Numbered from the stretch's first letter, positions 19,458-30,119 are shown. The stretch: DNA of 64,000 bases from an uncultured Chloroflexia bacterium (GCA_963724295.1 CAVRUC010000012.1:18894-82893); one strand, 5' to 3'. Program-made: numbers and translations. Notes: generated from the letters alone by a model not told the origin.

Positions 19458-21611
19458 TCACACCTCGAAGGCACGGAAGCGGATCTCCCGGCCCTCCACT
19501 TCATGTCCCTCGAAGAAGCTGGTGCCAACGTAGACATCGGAGGCTGTTGGCGGCGGCAGGTCGATGCTGCCCGTGAACTCCCGGTTGACCCCGAAGTACG
19601 CGATGTTGCCTTCCACAACCAAGTCGAGGGTATTGGTTGCTCCAGGGGTGGCGTCGAAGGTGGGCACGAATCCAGACCGCGTGCCCTGGTAGTACCAGAA
19701 CCCTTCGGAATCGACGTAAATGGATTGGAACGTATTACCCACCCGGTGGAATGCGAATCCGTAGTCCCAAGGCGTCTCGCTCTGCTCCTGCGGGTTGATG
19801 AACGTGACGGTAGCCGAGAAGTCCTCCGTCGTGACCCCCGCGCCCCGCGCAAGGAACCCGCCCGGTTGGTCCGGGATCGTGCCAGCAAGCGGTCCCGCGA
19901 TGCTGATAGCGCCAAAGCGGTCGGCTAGGGCGGCGGCGAACCGCGCCGTGTCGTCTTCAGCAGAAGCCGATGGCGGCGCGGCGGCCGGCGATGCCGGCGT
20001 CGGCGCGTCCCACACCTCGAAGGTGCTGTAAATGATCTCCCGTCCTTCCACGATGTTCTCGGAGCGAAAGTCGGTCGCCACGAGAACGTCCGCGGCGGTC
20101 GAGGGTGGCAACTCGAAGCTGGCCACGAATTCGCCGTTGACGCCGAAGAGTGCCGTGGTGCGCTGGACAATCAGATCGAGGGTGTTTATGCCTCCGGGTG
20201 AGGCGTCGAACGAGGGCACGCTGCCCGACTGCGGCACACCGTTCGGGAAGTTGCTGTAGTACCAGGCCCCGTTCGCATCGACGTAGACCTCCTGGATCGC
20301 GTACGGCTCCAGGGTCTGGTGGAACGCTAAGCCGTAGTCCCAGGTCGCGCCGATCGGTTCGCTCGGGTTGACGAAGGTAACGGTGGTCGAGAAGTCCTGG
20401 GTGGTGACCCCGGCGGGAATCGCGGTCAGTTGGTCATCCTGGCGCTGGCCGAGCGTTCCTCCGAACGGCCCGGCGAGGCTCGGCGCACCGGAGCGGGCGG
20501 CAATGGCAGCAGCAAACCGCGACGCGTCGTCCTCCGCAGCTGCCGCGGGTGGCGTTCCGGCCGCAGACGCCGCTCCCTCCGCCTCCCAGACCTCGAAGTC
20601 ACTGAACGCGATCTCCCGGCCCTCCACGGCGTTGTCGGAGAACCAGCCCGTGCCCATGACGACGTCCGCGGCCGTCGGCGGCGGGAGATCGATCGTGGCC
20701 ACCATCTCGCCGTTGACCCCAAAGCGCGCCGTGGCGCCCTCGACGACGAGATCGAGGGTATTGGTCGCCCCGGGGGTAGGATCGAACGGGACCAGGGCGG
20801 GATTCACCTTAATCGCTCCGGTCAGGGAGTTCTGGTAGTACCAGTGGCCATCGGATTTGACGACCACGATTTGGGCCGTGTCCTGCGTCCCATGGAAGGC
20901 CACTCCGACATCCCAGGGCGTCTCGGTCTGCTCCTGGGGGTTGACGAACGTGACGGTGGCCGAGAAGTTCTCCGCCGTGACTCCCGCGCCTCGCACAATG
21001 CGCTGGCCTTGGCGCTGCACGAGCTGGCCCGCGAACGGCCCGGCAAGTCTGAGGGAGTCGCTCCGGGCGGCAAGGGCTTCGGCGAACCGCGCGGCATCTT
21101 CCTCGGTCACGGCCTGTGGCGGAAGGAAGGTCGCGGCAAGGAACGTATCAAGGTCTTCGCCGCTGAGAAAGAGCGAAATGGTGGTCTGCGCGGGATCGGT
21201 ACCGGGGCTGAGGTAGGCAATGCCGGTGATCCCCACGTCCCCTCTCGATGCGAGACCGACGATCAGGGCACCCGCCTCCGTGAGTGATCCCCCAATCTCG
21301 CCGCATGCCACGATCTCTTCTCCAACTGGAAAGGGGACCACGATCGCATGATCGCTGGCGGTCAACGCGTCGAGCGAGATCGGGACGGTCGTGAAGGAGT
21401 TGGCGGCGGGGATAGCTACCACGTTTCCATGGGTTTCGCCTTGCGGGACCCTGGCCTCGATGAGCGGCGCGACGAGGTCGCCGATGTCGTCGCAATTTCC
21501 CTGGCGAATCTCGGCAGCGATCCCGGTCTGCTGGGCAATCGCCCTGGTGGGGGCCACTATGGTGGTAGTGATCGAAACAACCAAAGCGACGAATAGTATG
21601 AGTCGTGCCAT
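19458..21611 (-). CDS. Secreted protein with an N-terminal disulfide-type domain and three tandem ~180-aa beta-rich repeats
   Basis: Signal peptide; repeats start (E/D)D(A/T)(A/S)RFA.A.A.R..AGP and share FS(A/T)TVTF.NP, WD.G.AFH, NTLDL.V, FGVN.E. Confidence 0.8.
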   Translation of the reverse strand: MARLILFVALVVSITTTIVAPTRAIAQQTGIAAEIRQGNCDDIGDLVAPLIEARVPQGETHGNVVAIPAANSFTTVPISLDALTASDHAIVVPFPVGEEIVACGEIGGSLTEAGALIVGLASRGDVGITGIAYLSPGTDPAQTTISLFLSGEDLDTFLAATFLPPQAVTEEDAARFAEALAARSDSLRLAGPFAGQLVQRQGQRIVRGAGVTAENFSATVTFVNPQEQTETPWDVGVAFHGTQDTAQIVVVKSDGHWYYQNSLTGAIKVNPALVPFDPTPGATNTLDLVVEGATARFGVNGEMVATIDLPPPTAADVVMGTGWFSDNAVEGREIAFSDFEVWEAEGAASAAGTPPAAAAEDDASRFAAAIAARSGAPSLAGPFGGTLGQRQDDQLTAIPAGVTTQDFSTTVTFVNPSEPIGATWDYGLAFHQTLEPYAIQEVYVDANGAWYYSNFPNGVPQSGSVPSFDASPGGINTLDLIVQRTTALFGVNGEFVASFELPPSTAADVLVATDFRSENIVEGREIIYSTFEVWDAPTPASPAAAPPSASAEDDTARFAAALADRFGAISIAGPLAGTIPDQPGGFLARGAGVTTEDFSATVTFINPQEQSETPWDYGFAFHRVGNTFQSIYVDSEGFWYYQGTRSGFVPTFDATPGATNTLDLVVEGNIAYFGVNREFTGSIDLPPPTASDVYVGTSFFEGHEVEGREIRFRAFEV

Positions 21612-21827
21612 GCTCAACCTCCTCATTGGGGCCTTGGACCGGTCCCCGGGACTCACCACAACGAGCCCGCGTCCCAAGGCCAGCGTAAGCGCGCACGGCG
21701 GCCGCATTCCTGATCGGGGTGGTTCGGTGCTGGGGTGAGTGGTTTCACCCCGACCCCACCAGGTGGGAGCGCGGGAGCGTCGACGCCCGGCGTGACGCCA
21801 TCATGGGGTTGAGGAGATCCGCACGCA

Positions 21828-21856
21828 CCCGTACGCCGTACGGGGATCGGTACGGG
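21828..21856 (-). promoter_or_regulatory. GTAC box (putative LuxR-HTH activator site), copy 1
   Basis: Minus strand CCCGTAC-cgatc-CCCGTAC-ggc-GTACGGG, then 22 bp to CATGAT. Confidence 0.75.
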
Positions 21857-22013
21857 ATTTCTCCGGGAGACGGCACGACGTGTGGCCAGCAACTTTGGCG
21901 CACGGGGGCGCGGTTGCGACGCCTGGTAGATCCGTCTGCGACTTCAGCGAATGCTCAGCAGCAATTCAGCGACCGTTCAGCGGCACCCGCCATACTGAAC
22001 CGGACCGTGATTC

Positions 22014-22048
22014 CGGGGGCGGTGCTGGGCTGACCAGCACCGCCCCCG
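22014..22048. other. Perfect 15-bp-arm hairpin
   Basis: CGGGGGCGGTGCTGG-GCTGA-CCAGCACCGCCCCCG. Confidence 0.55.
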
Positions 22049-22104
22049 CATGCGGTCAAATCATCAATGACGGGCACGTTGTCATCTGTATTAGGAGGCC
22101 GGCG

Positions 22105-22910
22105 ATGAGCCGGGAATTGCCTTGTCGCTGAGTTCCCTCGATGTGGTGGCCCATTATCAGAACACTGGTGCCCAGTCCGTTGCGTCCTTCCCGCCCAGCA
22201 CGGCGCTGTTCGAAACGGAAGCTCTCAGCGAACTGAGGACGATTGACGAACGTGAGCTCATCGTCGACGCGCTCACGATGTTGGGGGATCGTGCCCGTCG
22301 CCACGGTTCCACTGTGATCGCGGCGTTCCATTATGCGGACGCACTGGCTCTGAACTATGAGCTCGGCTCTCGGTTGGGCATGGCCCAATGCCTGGAGCGA
22401 GTGGCGCACCTCGCATCAGCGCGCGGCAAGCCAATCCACGCCGCGTGGTTCCTCGGAAGCGCCGCGACGATACGCCGGGCCATTGGCTCTCCACCCCTAC
22501 CAACCGAGGAACTGGATCTCCAAACCACGGCCACCGCCGTTCGCGCCCATGTGGATGAAGTCGCCTTTGCGGCGGCTTGGGTATCAGGCGAAACCTTGTC
22601 GCAAGAGGAAGCGATCGCCGAGGCCCTTGCGTTTCTTCTCAAACCAGGTGACGCGGTGGCAGAACTCCTTGCGCAGAGTCAGCATGAGCTGTCGGCGCGG
22701 GCGGCCACGTCTGCGCCGTTTGATCTGACTCGCCGTGAACGAGACGTGTTGGGGCTGCTCTGCCAGCACTTCAGCGATGCTGAGATTGGCGACCGGCTCT
22801 ACATCGGCGTCCGCACCGTCGAGTTCCACGTCGCCAACATTCTCCGCAAGCTGGAGGTCGAAAATCGTCGCGACGCGGCTGCTCTCGCTGCTCGGCTCAG
22901 GCTGATCTGA
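22105..22910 (+). CDS. TPR-like plus LuxR-HTH regulator lacking the ATPase domain; probable 1-nt frameshift near 22120
   Basis: LTRRERDVL..YIGVRTVEFHVANILRKL; the SD aggagg + ATG 22105 is one base out of frame with ORF 22122. Confidence 0.75.
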
Positions 22911-23017
22911 CGATCCGACATCCCTCACCGGAAGACCCCTACTCGGCGCGTGCTCGCCATCGTGCGAGATGAATTGCCGGAGTCTACCTCTCAAAGACCG
23001 TGTCAAACGCGAGGAAA

Positions 23018-23034
23018 CCCGTACAAGGTACGGG
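23018..23034 (+). promoter_or_regulatory. GTAC box, copy 2
   Basis: CCCGTAC-aag-GTACGGG, then 22 bp to CATCCT (23057). Confidence 0.7.
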
Positions 23035-23052
23035 GGCTAAAGCGACACGCGT

Positions 23053-23083
23053 GCCACATCCTGTACTCAGTACAGGATGTGGC
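23053..23083. promoter_or_regulatory. Perfect 14-3-14 palindrome with a GTAC-N3-GTAC core
   Basis: GCCACATCCTGTAC-TCA-GTACAGGATGTGGC upstream of the radical SAM gene. Confidence 0.65.
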
Positions 23084-23152
23084 TGCTGAACAGAAACCAC
23101 GGCCGAATGCGAGGCGCTGTCGTAACCACGTCGGCCGCGAGGAGGCTCCCCG

Positions 23153-24511
23153 ATGAAGCTAGCCTTGATCGCCATGAGCGGGCTACGCACCTTCAACCCC
23201 GAGCTGGCACGGCTCGGCATGACCCTGCCCGGGTTCGTCGAGCGAGGCAAGGCCGTCGCCGCGCTGCCCAGCCTCGGCCTGCTGACCCTCGCCGGGATGA
23301 CACCCGACCGCTTCGATGTCTCCTACCACGAGATCCAGGATATCCGCGAGGCCAGCGAGCTGCCGGCCTGTGATGTCGCGGCCATCTCCACCTTCACCGC
23401 TCAGGCAAAGGAGGCGTATGAGTTGGCCCGCCGCTACCGCAACCTGGGCGTGTCGACGATCATCGGCGGCCTGCATGCGACTGCTCTTCCGGAAGAGGCG
23501 GCACGCCACGTCGACGCCGTCGTCGCCGGTGAAGGCGAGGTGGTGTGGGCCGACGTGCTGCGGGACGCCGAGGCGGGGAAGCCGCACGGCGTCTACCGCG
23601 CGGCCGGTCGCGAGTGGGACCTGGCGCAAGCGCCGATGCCCCGCTTCGACCTACTCGAGATCGAGCGCTACAACCGGATCACGGTGCAGACCACGCGTGG
23701 CTGTCCCTGGCGCTGCGAGTTCTGCGCCTCCTCGATCCTCCTCACCTCGCGGTTCAAGGTGAAGCCGGTCGACAAGGTGATCGCCGAGATCCGCGCCATC
23801 AAGAAGCTGTGGCCGCACGCCTTCATCGAGTTCGCCGACGACAACTCGTTCGTCAACCGCCGCTACGCCAAAGAGCTGCTGCGCGCCCTGGCCGCCGAAG
23901 ACGTGCGCTGGTTCACCGAGACCGACATCGCCATCGCCGATGACGAGGAACTGCTCGACCTGATGCGCGATGCGGGATGCGCGCAGGTGCTGATCGGGCT
24001 GGAGAGCCCGACCGCGGCGGCGCTCGATGGGCTGGAGACGCGCAGGAACTGGAAACGTGGACGCCTCGAGACGTACAAAGAGGCTATCTATCGCATCCAG
24101 AGCCGTGGTATCGCGGTCAACGGCTGCTTCGTGCTCGGGCTCGACGGCTCTACGGTCGACGATTTCGCGGCCGTGCGTCGGTTCGTCGAGGAGAGCGGGC
24201 TGTACGAAGTACAGATCACGGTGCTGACCGCGATGCCCGGCACGCCCCTTTACGCGCGCATGGCGGCGGAAGGGCGGCTCATCGACCCCACCGGTTGGGA
24301 ACGCTGCACCGTCTTCGATGTCAACGTACGGCCGCAGAACATGTCGGCGGAGGAGCTGGAACAGGGTCTCATCGCGCTCGGCCGCGAGCTCTATGGCGAC
24401 GAGGCCAAGCGGCGGCGGCAACGCGCGTTCAAGCGGCAGTGGCGCGAGGGGTTGCGCGCCGACCGCGCCAAACGGGAAGGGAGGGAGAGCCATGCGGTCG
24501 CAGGGGATTGA
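23153..24511 (+). CDS. Cobalamin-binding-domain radical SAM enzyme
   Basis: LPSLGLLTLA, IIGGLHAT, GEGE (B12 domain); RGCPWRCEFC CxxxCxxC; FADDN, IGLES, PGTPLY. Confidence 0.92.
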   Translation: MKLALIAMSGLRTFNPELARLGMTLPGFVERGKAVAALPSLGLLTLAGMTPDRFDVSYHEIQDIREASELPACDVAAISTFTAQAKEAYELARRYRNLGVSTIIGGLHATALPEEAARHVDAVVAGEGEVVWADVLRDAEAGKPHGVYRAAGREWDLAQAPMPRFDLLEIERYNRITVQTTRGCPWRCEFCASSILLTSRFKVKPVDKVIAEIRAIKKLWPHAFIEFADDNSFVNRRYAKELLRALAAEDVRWFTETDIAIADDEELLDLMRDAGCAQVLIGLESPTAAALDGLETRRNWKRGRLETYKEAIYRIQSRGIAVNGCFVLGLDGSTVDDFAAVRRFVEESGLYEVQITVLTAMPGTPLYARMAAEGRLIDPTGWERCTVFDVNVRPQNMSAEELEQGLIALGRELYGDEAKRRRQRAFKRQWREGLRADRAKREGRESHAVAGD

Positions 24512-24944
24512 GAATGGGCGCGCGGCGGCGAACCGCTACCGACCGGCGCTCCTGCTTTCCGCCATCTACGATGGTCTATTAGGACTTGCGTTTCTGTTCT
24601 TCTCTGGGCAGTTCTTGCGCGCCCTCGGCGTCGAGACCACGGCCGATCCCGTCTACGTTCAGCTTGCCGCGGGGCTGATCGCAATCATCGGACTCGGGTT
24701 TTATCTGGCCTGGCGCAATCCGCTCGTCAACTGGGATCTGGTGCTCCTTGGCACGGTGTTCAAGGCGTTTTACATCCTGCTCGCGGTGTGGGCCCAGCTT
24801 CGCGGCGAAGTCCCGCACGCGGTGTTCCTCCTCTTTGCCGGGGTCGACGTCATCTTCCTCATCGTCTTACTCCTCTTCCTGCGGGACACGCGCCCGGCGC
24901 GAGCGGCACTCGCCGGGTACGTCGCGGGAGAGCCGACGTCATGA
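24492..24944 (+). CDS. Four-TM membrane protein in operon with the radical SAM gene
   Basis: Overlapping start, four hydrophobic helices. Confidence 0.7.
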   Translation: MRSQGIENGRAAANRYRPALLLSAIYDGLLGLAFLFFSGQFLRALGVETTADPVYVQLAAGLIAIIGLGFYLAWRNPLVNWDLVLLGTVFKAFYILLAVWAQLRGEVPHAVFLLFAGVDVIFLIVLLLFLRDTRPARAALAGYVAGEPTS

Positions 24945-25438
24945 GGGTGCACGGAGGAGCGGCACAACCGATCGAGCTTTCCGCCGACCCATCATTTTCC
25001 CGCCGGGTGCGGCGCCTGGGGATCGTCAGTCTCGTCGCCCCCGGGCTGATCTGGTGGCTAGCCATCACCCGCCTCGCGGCGCCGCAGCCGCTCCTCATCG
25101 CCCTGCTGGCCGGGTGGTGGCTGATGCCAACGGTCCTTTTCGCAAGCATCCCGGTTCCGTCGCTGCGACCTTTGCTCATGCTCCCCGCCACGCTGATCAC
25201 CGTCCCCGTGCTGGCCATTGCCGTCTGGTGGTCTCCAGACCGGCCGTTGCCTGCCCTCGGCTGGATACTCATCGCAGCCGGCCTGCTGCTTGGCGGCGTG
25301 GCGGGTGGGTGGTTCTGGTTCCGCTGGGCCCCCGTGCCCGATCTCCTCCACGACCCATTCTCCGCCGCCCGTTGGGGACTGATCGCGATTCACGTCGGGC
25401 TCGTCTGCGTCGGGTTGATGTTCGCGGCTTTGGGCTAG
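24941..25438 (+). CDS. Membrane protein in operon with the radical SAM gene
   Basis: ATGA coupling; hydrophobic helices; W.RWAPVP..L.DPFS..RW. Confidence 0.7.
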   Translation: MRVHGGAAQPIELSADPSFSRRVRRLGIVSLVAPGLIWWLAITRLAAPQPLLIALLAGWWLMPTVLFASIPVPSLRPLLMLPATLITVPVLAIAVWWSPDRPLPALGWILIAAGLLLGGVAGGWFWFRWAPVPDLLHDPFSAARWGLIAIHVGLVCVGLMFAALG

Positions 25439-25488
25439 GCGTGTTGAGAGGACCGTCTGCGTGGCAAGCGCCGATGCCGGGGTGCAAT

Positions 25489-25557
25489 CCATGTCGCCGT
25501 CGACAGCGTCCAACATCCCACACGACCGGCCGGTCATTGCGCCCGTTCGGCAGCGGC
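25489..25557. repeat. 69-bp direct repeat, copy 1
   Basis: 65/69 identical to 27979..28047. Confidence 0.85.
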
Positions 25558-25681
25558 CCATCTGGCTCGGAGTGCTGCTCACCCGTCCAGATTTGCCTTG
25601 ACCCAGTAACGCGGCCAACCTTGACCGGGGCTATCCTGACGGGGACGGAACTCACCGCTCTTTCCAGACGGGTGACCTGAA

Positions 25682-26257
25682 ATGGCGCGACTCCTGGCCA
25701 GGTTGCTCCCGTTGCTGGCACCCGTCATCGCTTGGACTGTGGCGCACGTGTTTGCGCGGATTCCGGCGTGGCCCTTCCTGGCCTTGACGCCGGCACGCAC
25801 GCCGTTCGGACGATCGGCATCGGTCGCCTTGTTGCTCGCGGGTCTCCTTGGCATCGTTGCCCTGCTGTCGCTCTCGTCCGGGACCAGGCTGCTCATCGCC
25901 GCGATCGTCGTGGCCGCCGTGGTGACTGTCGGGTGCGGGCGGGCCTTTGCCACGATCTGGTGGCCCGCCACCCTCGCAGGGGCGCTGCTGGGTCTAGGTC
26001 TTGGGCTGGCCTGGCTGCCGCACCTGTCTCCCTGGGCGCTGCGCATCGATACGCAAAGCGAGCAGACGCCCATCTTGATCGTGGGTGGCTTCGGGTTGGT
26101 TATGCTCGCGTTCCTGTCGACCACCATGACACTCGACGCGTTGCAGGCTCTCGAGCCGCCCGAACAACCCGACGGGCATCCTGGGAAAGGTGGCAACCAA
26201 CCGCCCGCAGCACCCAAGCGGCGTCGTAGATCCGGGAAATCCCGTGGTCGACGGTAG
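25682..26257 (+). CDS. Hypothetical membrane protein
   Basis: Several hydrophobic helices, basic C-terminal tail. Confidence 0.55.
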   Translation: MARLLARLLPLLAPVIAWTVAHVFARIPAWPFLALTPARTPFGRSASVALLLAGLLGIVALLSLSSGTRLLIAAIVVAAVVTVGCGRAFATIWWPATLAGALLGLGLGLAWLPHLSPWALRIDTQSEQTPILIVGGFGLVMLAFLSTTMTLDALQALEPPEQPDGHPGKGGNQPPAAPKRRRRSGKSRGRR

Positions 26258-26494
26258 TGGGAACCACTGGTGGCCAATGCCGAGCAGCTACTCCGTTCGC
26301 TGCACTCGTAGGGTTTGGCCGATGATGCTAGGTCGGAGATGATGCACGATGCGGCGAATCGCGTTCGAGCCCTACGTCGCCATGCCGGCACCCGACTCGG
26401 GGTCCCCGGTGGGTCTGTTGCCGTCGTCCAGGCAGGGAAGGTCGTTTCCGCGACGCGCTTAGGAGTCACCAAGCGTGATCGAAGGAGGTGATCG

Positions 26495-26640
26495 ATGCGA
26501 ACGAACCGGCGCCGGAGGATGGTGGGACCAGGTCGTCGCTGTGCTGCTTGGACGGACGATGCTGGCGGTCGCGCCGGCGGAGCACGAGATGGCGCACGCC
26601 GCACCCCCTGCCGCCTACTCCGCGGTCGACCTGGGACCCT
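26495..26640 (+). pseudogene. Decayed 5' end of a secreted-protein gene
   Basis: SD aaggaggtg + ATG; a frameshifted signal-like stretch, then AAPPAAYSAVDLG resembling the start of HAF-repeat proteins. Confidence 0.3.
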
Positions 26641-26682
26641 GGTGTTTGGACGTGTTCGGCAGCCAAGAGGACCAGGGAGCCG

Positions 26683-27825
26683 TCACTGGCCGCTCATGAA
26701 CGCATCGCGCGCCTGTACGGCGATGTCCGGGTGATCGGTGAAAAACCCGTCAATTCCTAGCTCGAGAAAGCGGTCCACTTCGCCCGCCAGATCGCCGTAT
26801 GCCGCCGCATCGGTGCTTGACTGAAAGTCCGTCGGCAAGAAGTAATTCTCGGCACGGAAAGTGAAGCTGTGCACGATCAGGCCATTGGCATGCGCGTCAT
26901 CGACCAGCGTGGTCGGCGTGCCGAGTGCGCCGTCGGGGGTCAGCAGGATCAACGAGCTCTTGGGCACGCCGATGCCGCTGGCATAGGTCGCGATTTCCTC
27001 CAGACCCGCGGGCTGGGCCATGTCAGCGTAGGTCCGTGGATCGCCGGTCACCACAAAGTCAAACGGCTGGCCGGACTCGTTGAGGAGTTGCACGAGCGGG
27101 AGGTCGGTCATCCCGGCGAGCTGCTTCAGATTGGCGACCTCGAACGACTGGATGAAGACCGGCGCGCCTTGTCCGCGATACCCGTATTGCTCCAATAGCG
27201 CGACCAGCGCTTCCTCCATAGGAAGTCCGATGTCCGCGAAGTAGGACGGATGTTTCGTCTCTGGGTAGATGCCAATCGGCTTGAGGTGCCGCCGCTCCTC
27301 ATCCGAGGCCGTCTGCGTGCGCTGGTCGTTCACGGCCTGAACCAGAGCGAGCACTTCCTCCAGGGTTGGCACCGCGAACATGCCGTCGAAGCGGGTATTC
27401 GCGGGGCGAAGCTCTGGCAGGCGCTCCTTCGCGCGCAGCGTCTTCAGCTCAGTCAGTGTGAAGTCTTCGGTAAACCAGCCCGTGACCTCGGTGCCGTCGA
27501 TCGTCTTGGTTGTCCTGCGGTCGGCATATTCGGGACGACTGGCCACGTCGGTCGTGCCTGAGATTTCGTTCTCGTGGCGTGCCACGAGGACGCCGTCCTT
27601 GGTCATGACGAGATCGGGTTCGATGTAGTCGGCACCCTGTTCGATGGCAAGAAAATAGGCGACCAGGGTGTGCTCAGGAGCGTAGCCGCTCGCGCCGCGA
27701 TGGCCGATGACAATCGGCTGGTCATTGTCGCGTTGGTCGTGGGGCTGCTGAGCATGAGCGGGGAGGCTGGCCGCGAGTAGGATCGCGACCGCAAGCAGAC
27801 CAATTGGGCGGGTAATGAACCTCAT
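26683..27825 (-). CDS. glpQ: Secreted glycerophosphodiester phosphodiesterase
   Basis: IGHRGASGYAPEHT, IEPDLV.TKDG, IYPETKHP, IQSFE, GIDGFFTD. Confidence 0.92.
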   Translation of the reverse strand: MRFITRPIGLLAVAILLAASLPAHAQQPHDQRDNDQPIVIGHRGASGYAPEHTLVAYFLAIEQGADYIEPDLVMTKDGVLVARHENEISGTTDVASRPEYADRRTTKTIDGTEVTGWFTEDFTLTELKTLRAKERLPELRPANTRFDGMFAVPTLEEVLALVQAVNDQRTQTASDEERRHLKPIGIYPETKHPSYFADIGLPMEEALVALLEQYGYRGQGAPVFIQSFEVANLKQLAGMTDLPLVQLLNESGQPFDFVVTGDPRTYADMAQPAGLEEIATYASGIGVPKSSLILLTPDGALGTPTTLVDDAHANGLIVHSFTFRAENYFLPTDFQSSTDAAAYGDLAGEVDRFLELGIDGFFTDHPDIAVQARDAFMSGQ

Positions 27826-27978
27826 GGTCGGGCTCCTTTCTCCTGTACAAGAGGACGCAACGTCCCGCTCTCGAGCTGTCCGTCCACCCCCGAAACTGCG
27901 GCGCGGGAAATCGCGACTGGACCGGGAGTCTGGCCATGGCTCATGGTGTCGACGAACGGGGCGGCTTCGGTCTCAAGC

Positions 27979-28047
27979 CCATGTCGCCGTCGACATCGTC
28001 CAACATCCCAAACGACCGGCCGGTCATTGCGCCCATCCGGCAGCGGC
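27979..28047. repeat. 69-bp direct repeat, copy 2
   Basis: 65/69 identical to 25489..25557; begins 7 bp after the DUF2207 stop codon. Confidence 0.85.
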
Positions 28048-28054
28048 AATGCCA

Positions 28055-30068
28055 TCACCGAAACCCGCCGCCACCCCCGCCGACACCACCGAACCCGCCG
28101 CCGAACCCGCCGCCGCCGATGCCAGAGCCTCCCCCGCCGCTGGCAAACCTCGCTCCAGCGGAGTCGAACAGATGGAACAGCGAGTTCGACGCGGCCTGTA
28201 AGGAGAGTTCGGCCCGACCGCTCAGGCTCTGCAGGTCGGACAATGGCGGTGACCCGCCAGCGGGCGCTTGCGTCGGGTCTCCGGACAAACCGTCCGTCCC
28301 GCCGGGAAAGGCGAAGAACCCGCCGTGTGCCCCGTACCAGTGCGGCGCAGGGATCCCGAACCGGGAGAATTTCTCGATCCAGGTCTTGTCGATGCCGAAA
28401 GCGATGGCATAGGGCAAGTAGCGCTCGAACAGGTGCTGGGCTGCGTCGAGTTGTTCGAACTGGTCGATCTGCTCCAGGTATTTCTTGAATGCTCGCCACT
28501 TCGCGGCCGCCTCGGCCCCGGCCATGGTCTTTCGAGGCATGAACCGCGCCAAGGCCCATGTGAGGAACCCAAGCGCAAAGAGCGCAGCGAGGGGCATCCA
28601 CCATGGATGCTTGTCCAATCCGAACCGCCAAGCGAAGTAGACAACGGCTATCAACACACTACCGACCAAGGTCCAGTTCTTGCGCGTACCCGAAGGCCGC
28701 GCCGGGAAGAACCCGCGCTGCACGAGGTCGTCATAGAGGATGTTCTGGAGGTTCTCTCTCCTTGCGGGAGGGTCGTTTCACCGCGGAGAGCAGCCGCACA
28801 TTGCCTGTCATGAAGGGCGGGTCGAACAAGGTCTCGAGCAGCGCGTGTTCGAACCGCGAGAGATTCGGGTTTCCCTGCTGTAATGTCACGATGAAGTCGT
28901 CTCCGTGGCCAAACCGTGCCAGGATCCCAGTCACACTCGTCGGCTCAATGCGCCAAACCCCGCGCTGACCGAGATCGACCAGGGTAGCGACGATGTCGCG
29001 CTGATCGACCTGTTCGTCGACGAGCGCGCCGGCGACCGCGGGCGGGAGGTTCGCTGGTGGCGTTACCAGGACATCGGGCACCGGACCGATCTCGGGATCA
29101 CGTCCCCGGGTCCACCACGCCGCCAGCACGGCGATCCCTCCACCGATGGCGATGAGCAGCGCGAGCCCCAGAAAAAGGAGCGTCAGTGGGGACTGCTCCC
29201 AAATCGCTTGCTCGCGGAGGTCGCTGGCATCTTGCCAGGCGGGCTTGCTGGCCTGCACCAGTGGCGGGAACTGGAGGCTGGCGTCGAGAGAGTCACCCGA
29301 GTGGAGGTTGTTCGCCGTCCACGTCCACGTCTGGCCACTGGTGAGGTACTCGCCCGGGGCACTCCCACCTGGGCCGACAACGTGCGTTTGCTCGGGATCA
29401 ACCGGGCGCGGCAGGACGAAGGTCAACGTTGCGGTGTTGACCTCCGCGTCCTCGGTTAGTGCGCGATCGACGCCGATCCCGGAGATCTGCTGGTAGGGCG
29501 GGTCGTGATCGGGATAGACCCGGAGCGCCCCATGGGCGTCGTAGTCGATCTGAAAGGTGCGACTCTGGGAGGTCGTCGCGGGGAAACTCCACTCAATGTG
29601 CAGCGTCGTGCCGATCGTGCGGGTGGTAAAGGTATTGTGCACGTCCGGCGAGAAGGAGGCTGGCCAGACGAAGGAGAACGGCTCCCGTCCGGCCTCCGTC
29701 ACGCTCGCAACCCGGACGTGATCGATTCGCTCCATGCGGGTCAGCGGGATGTCGCGGTAGCCAGTGCGGAACGGCCCACCGGAAAAGAGGGCGCGATCAC
29801 GTTCGGTGACGTGCAGCGTGCTGTCCTCCTGCAACGCGACCGTTACGTCGACACGGTCCCAGACGAAGGAGCGCGTGGCCTGGGCGCCGGCGAGCAGTGG
29901 CTGACTGGCTCCGATGGTCACCATGACCATGATTACGAAGACGAGCAGGACAAGCCGGCTCCTGACGCTCGCCCAGGCGCCGATGACATTTCTTCGGTGG
30001 GGTACTGCAATATTCATCAGGATTCCCAGATCGCGCCCTCGTGGTAGATCCGACCGTGGTTGCTTCAT
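28055..30068 (-). CDS. DUF2207-family membrane protein, split by a frameshift near 28765
   Basis: RGRDP, PPAVAGALVD, IVATLVDL..RG, then W.AFKKYL, FERYLPYAIAFG and a Gly-rich tail in the next frame. Confidence 0.8.
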
Positions 30069-30119
30069 CGCCACGTGAGAGCCCACACCGCATGATCGAG
30101 CCTGGCAACCGAGTTCGCC

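Noticed and set aside
21860..21935. Possible further LuxR tail remnant on the minus strand next to box 1
   Set aside because: Only a few codons (GVA..) resemble it, which is too weak to support
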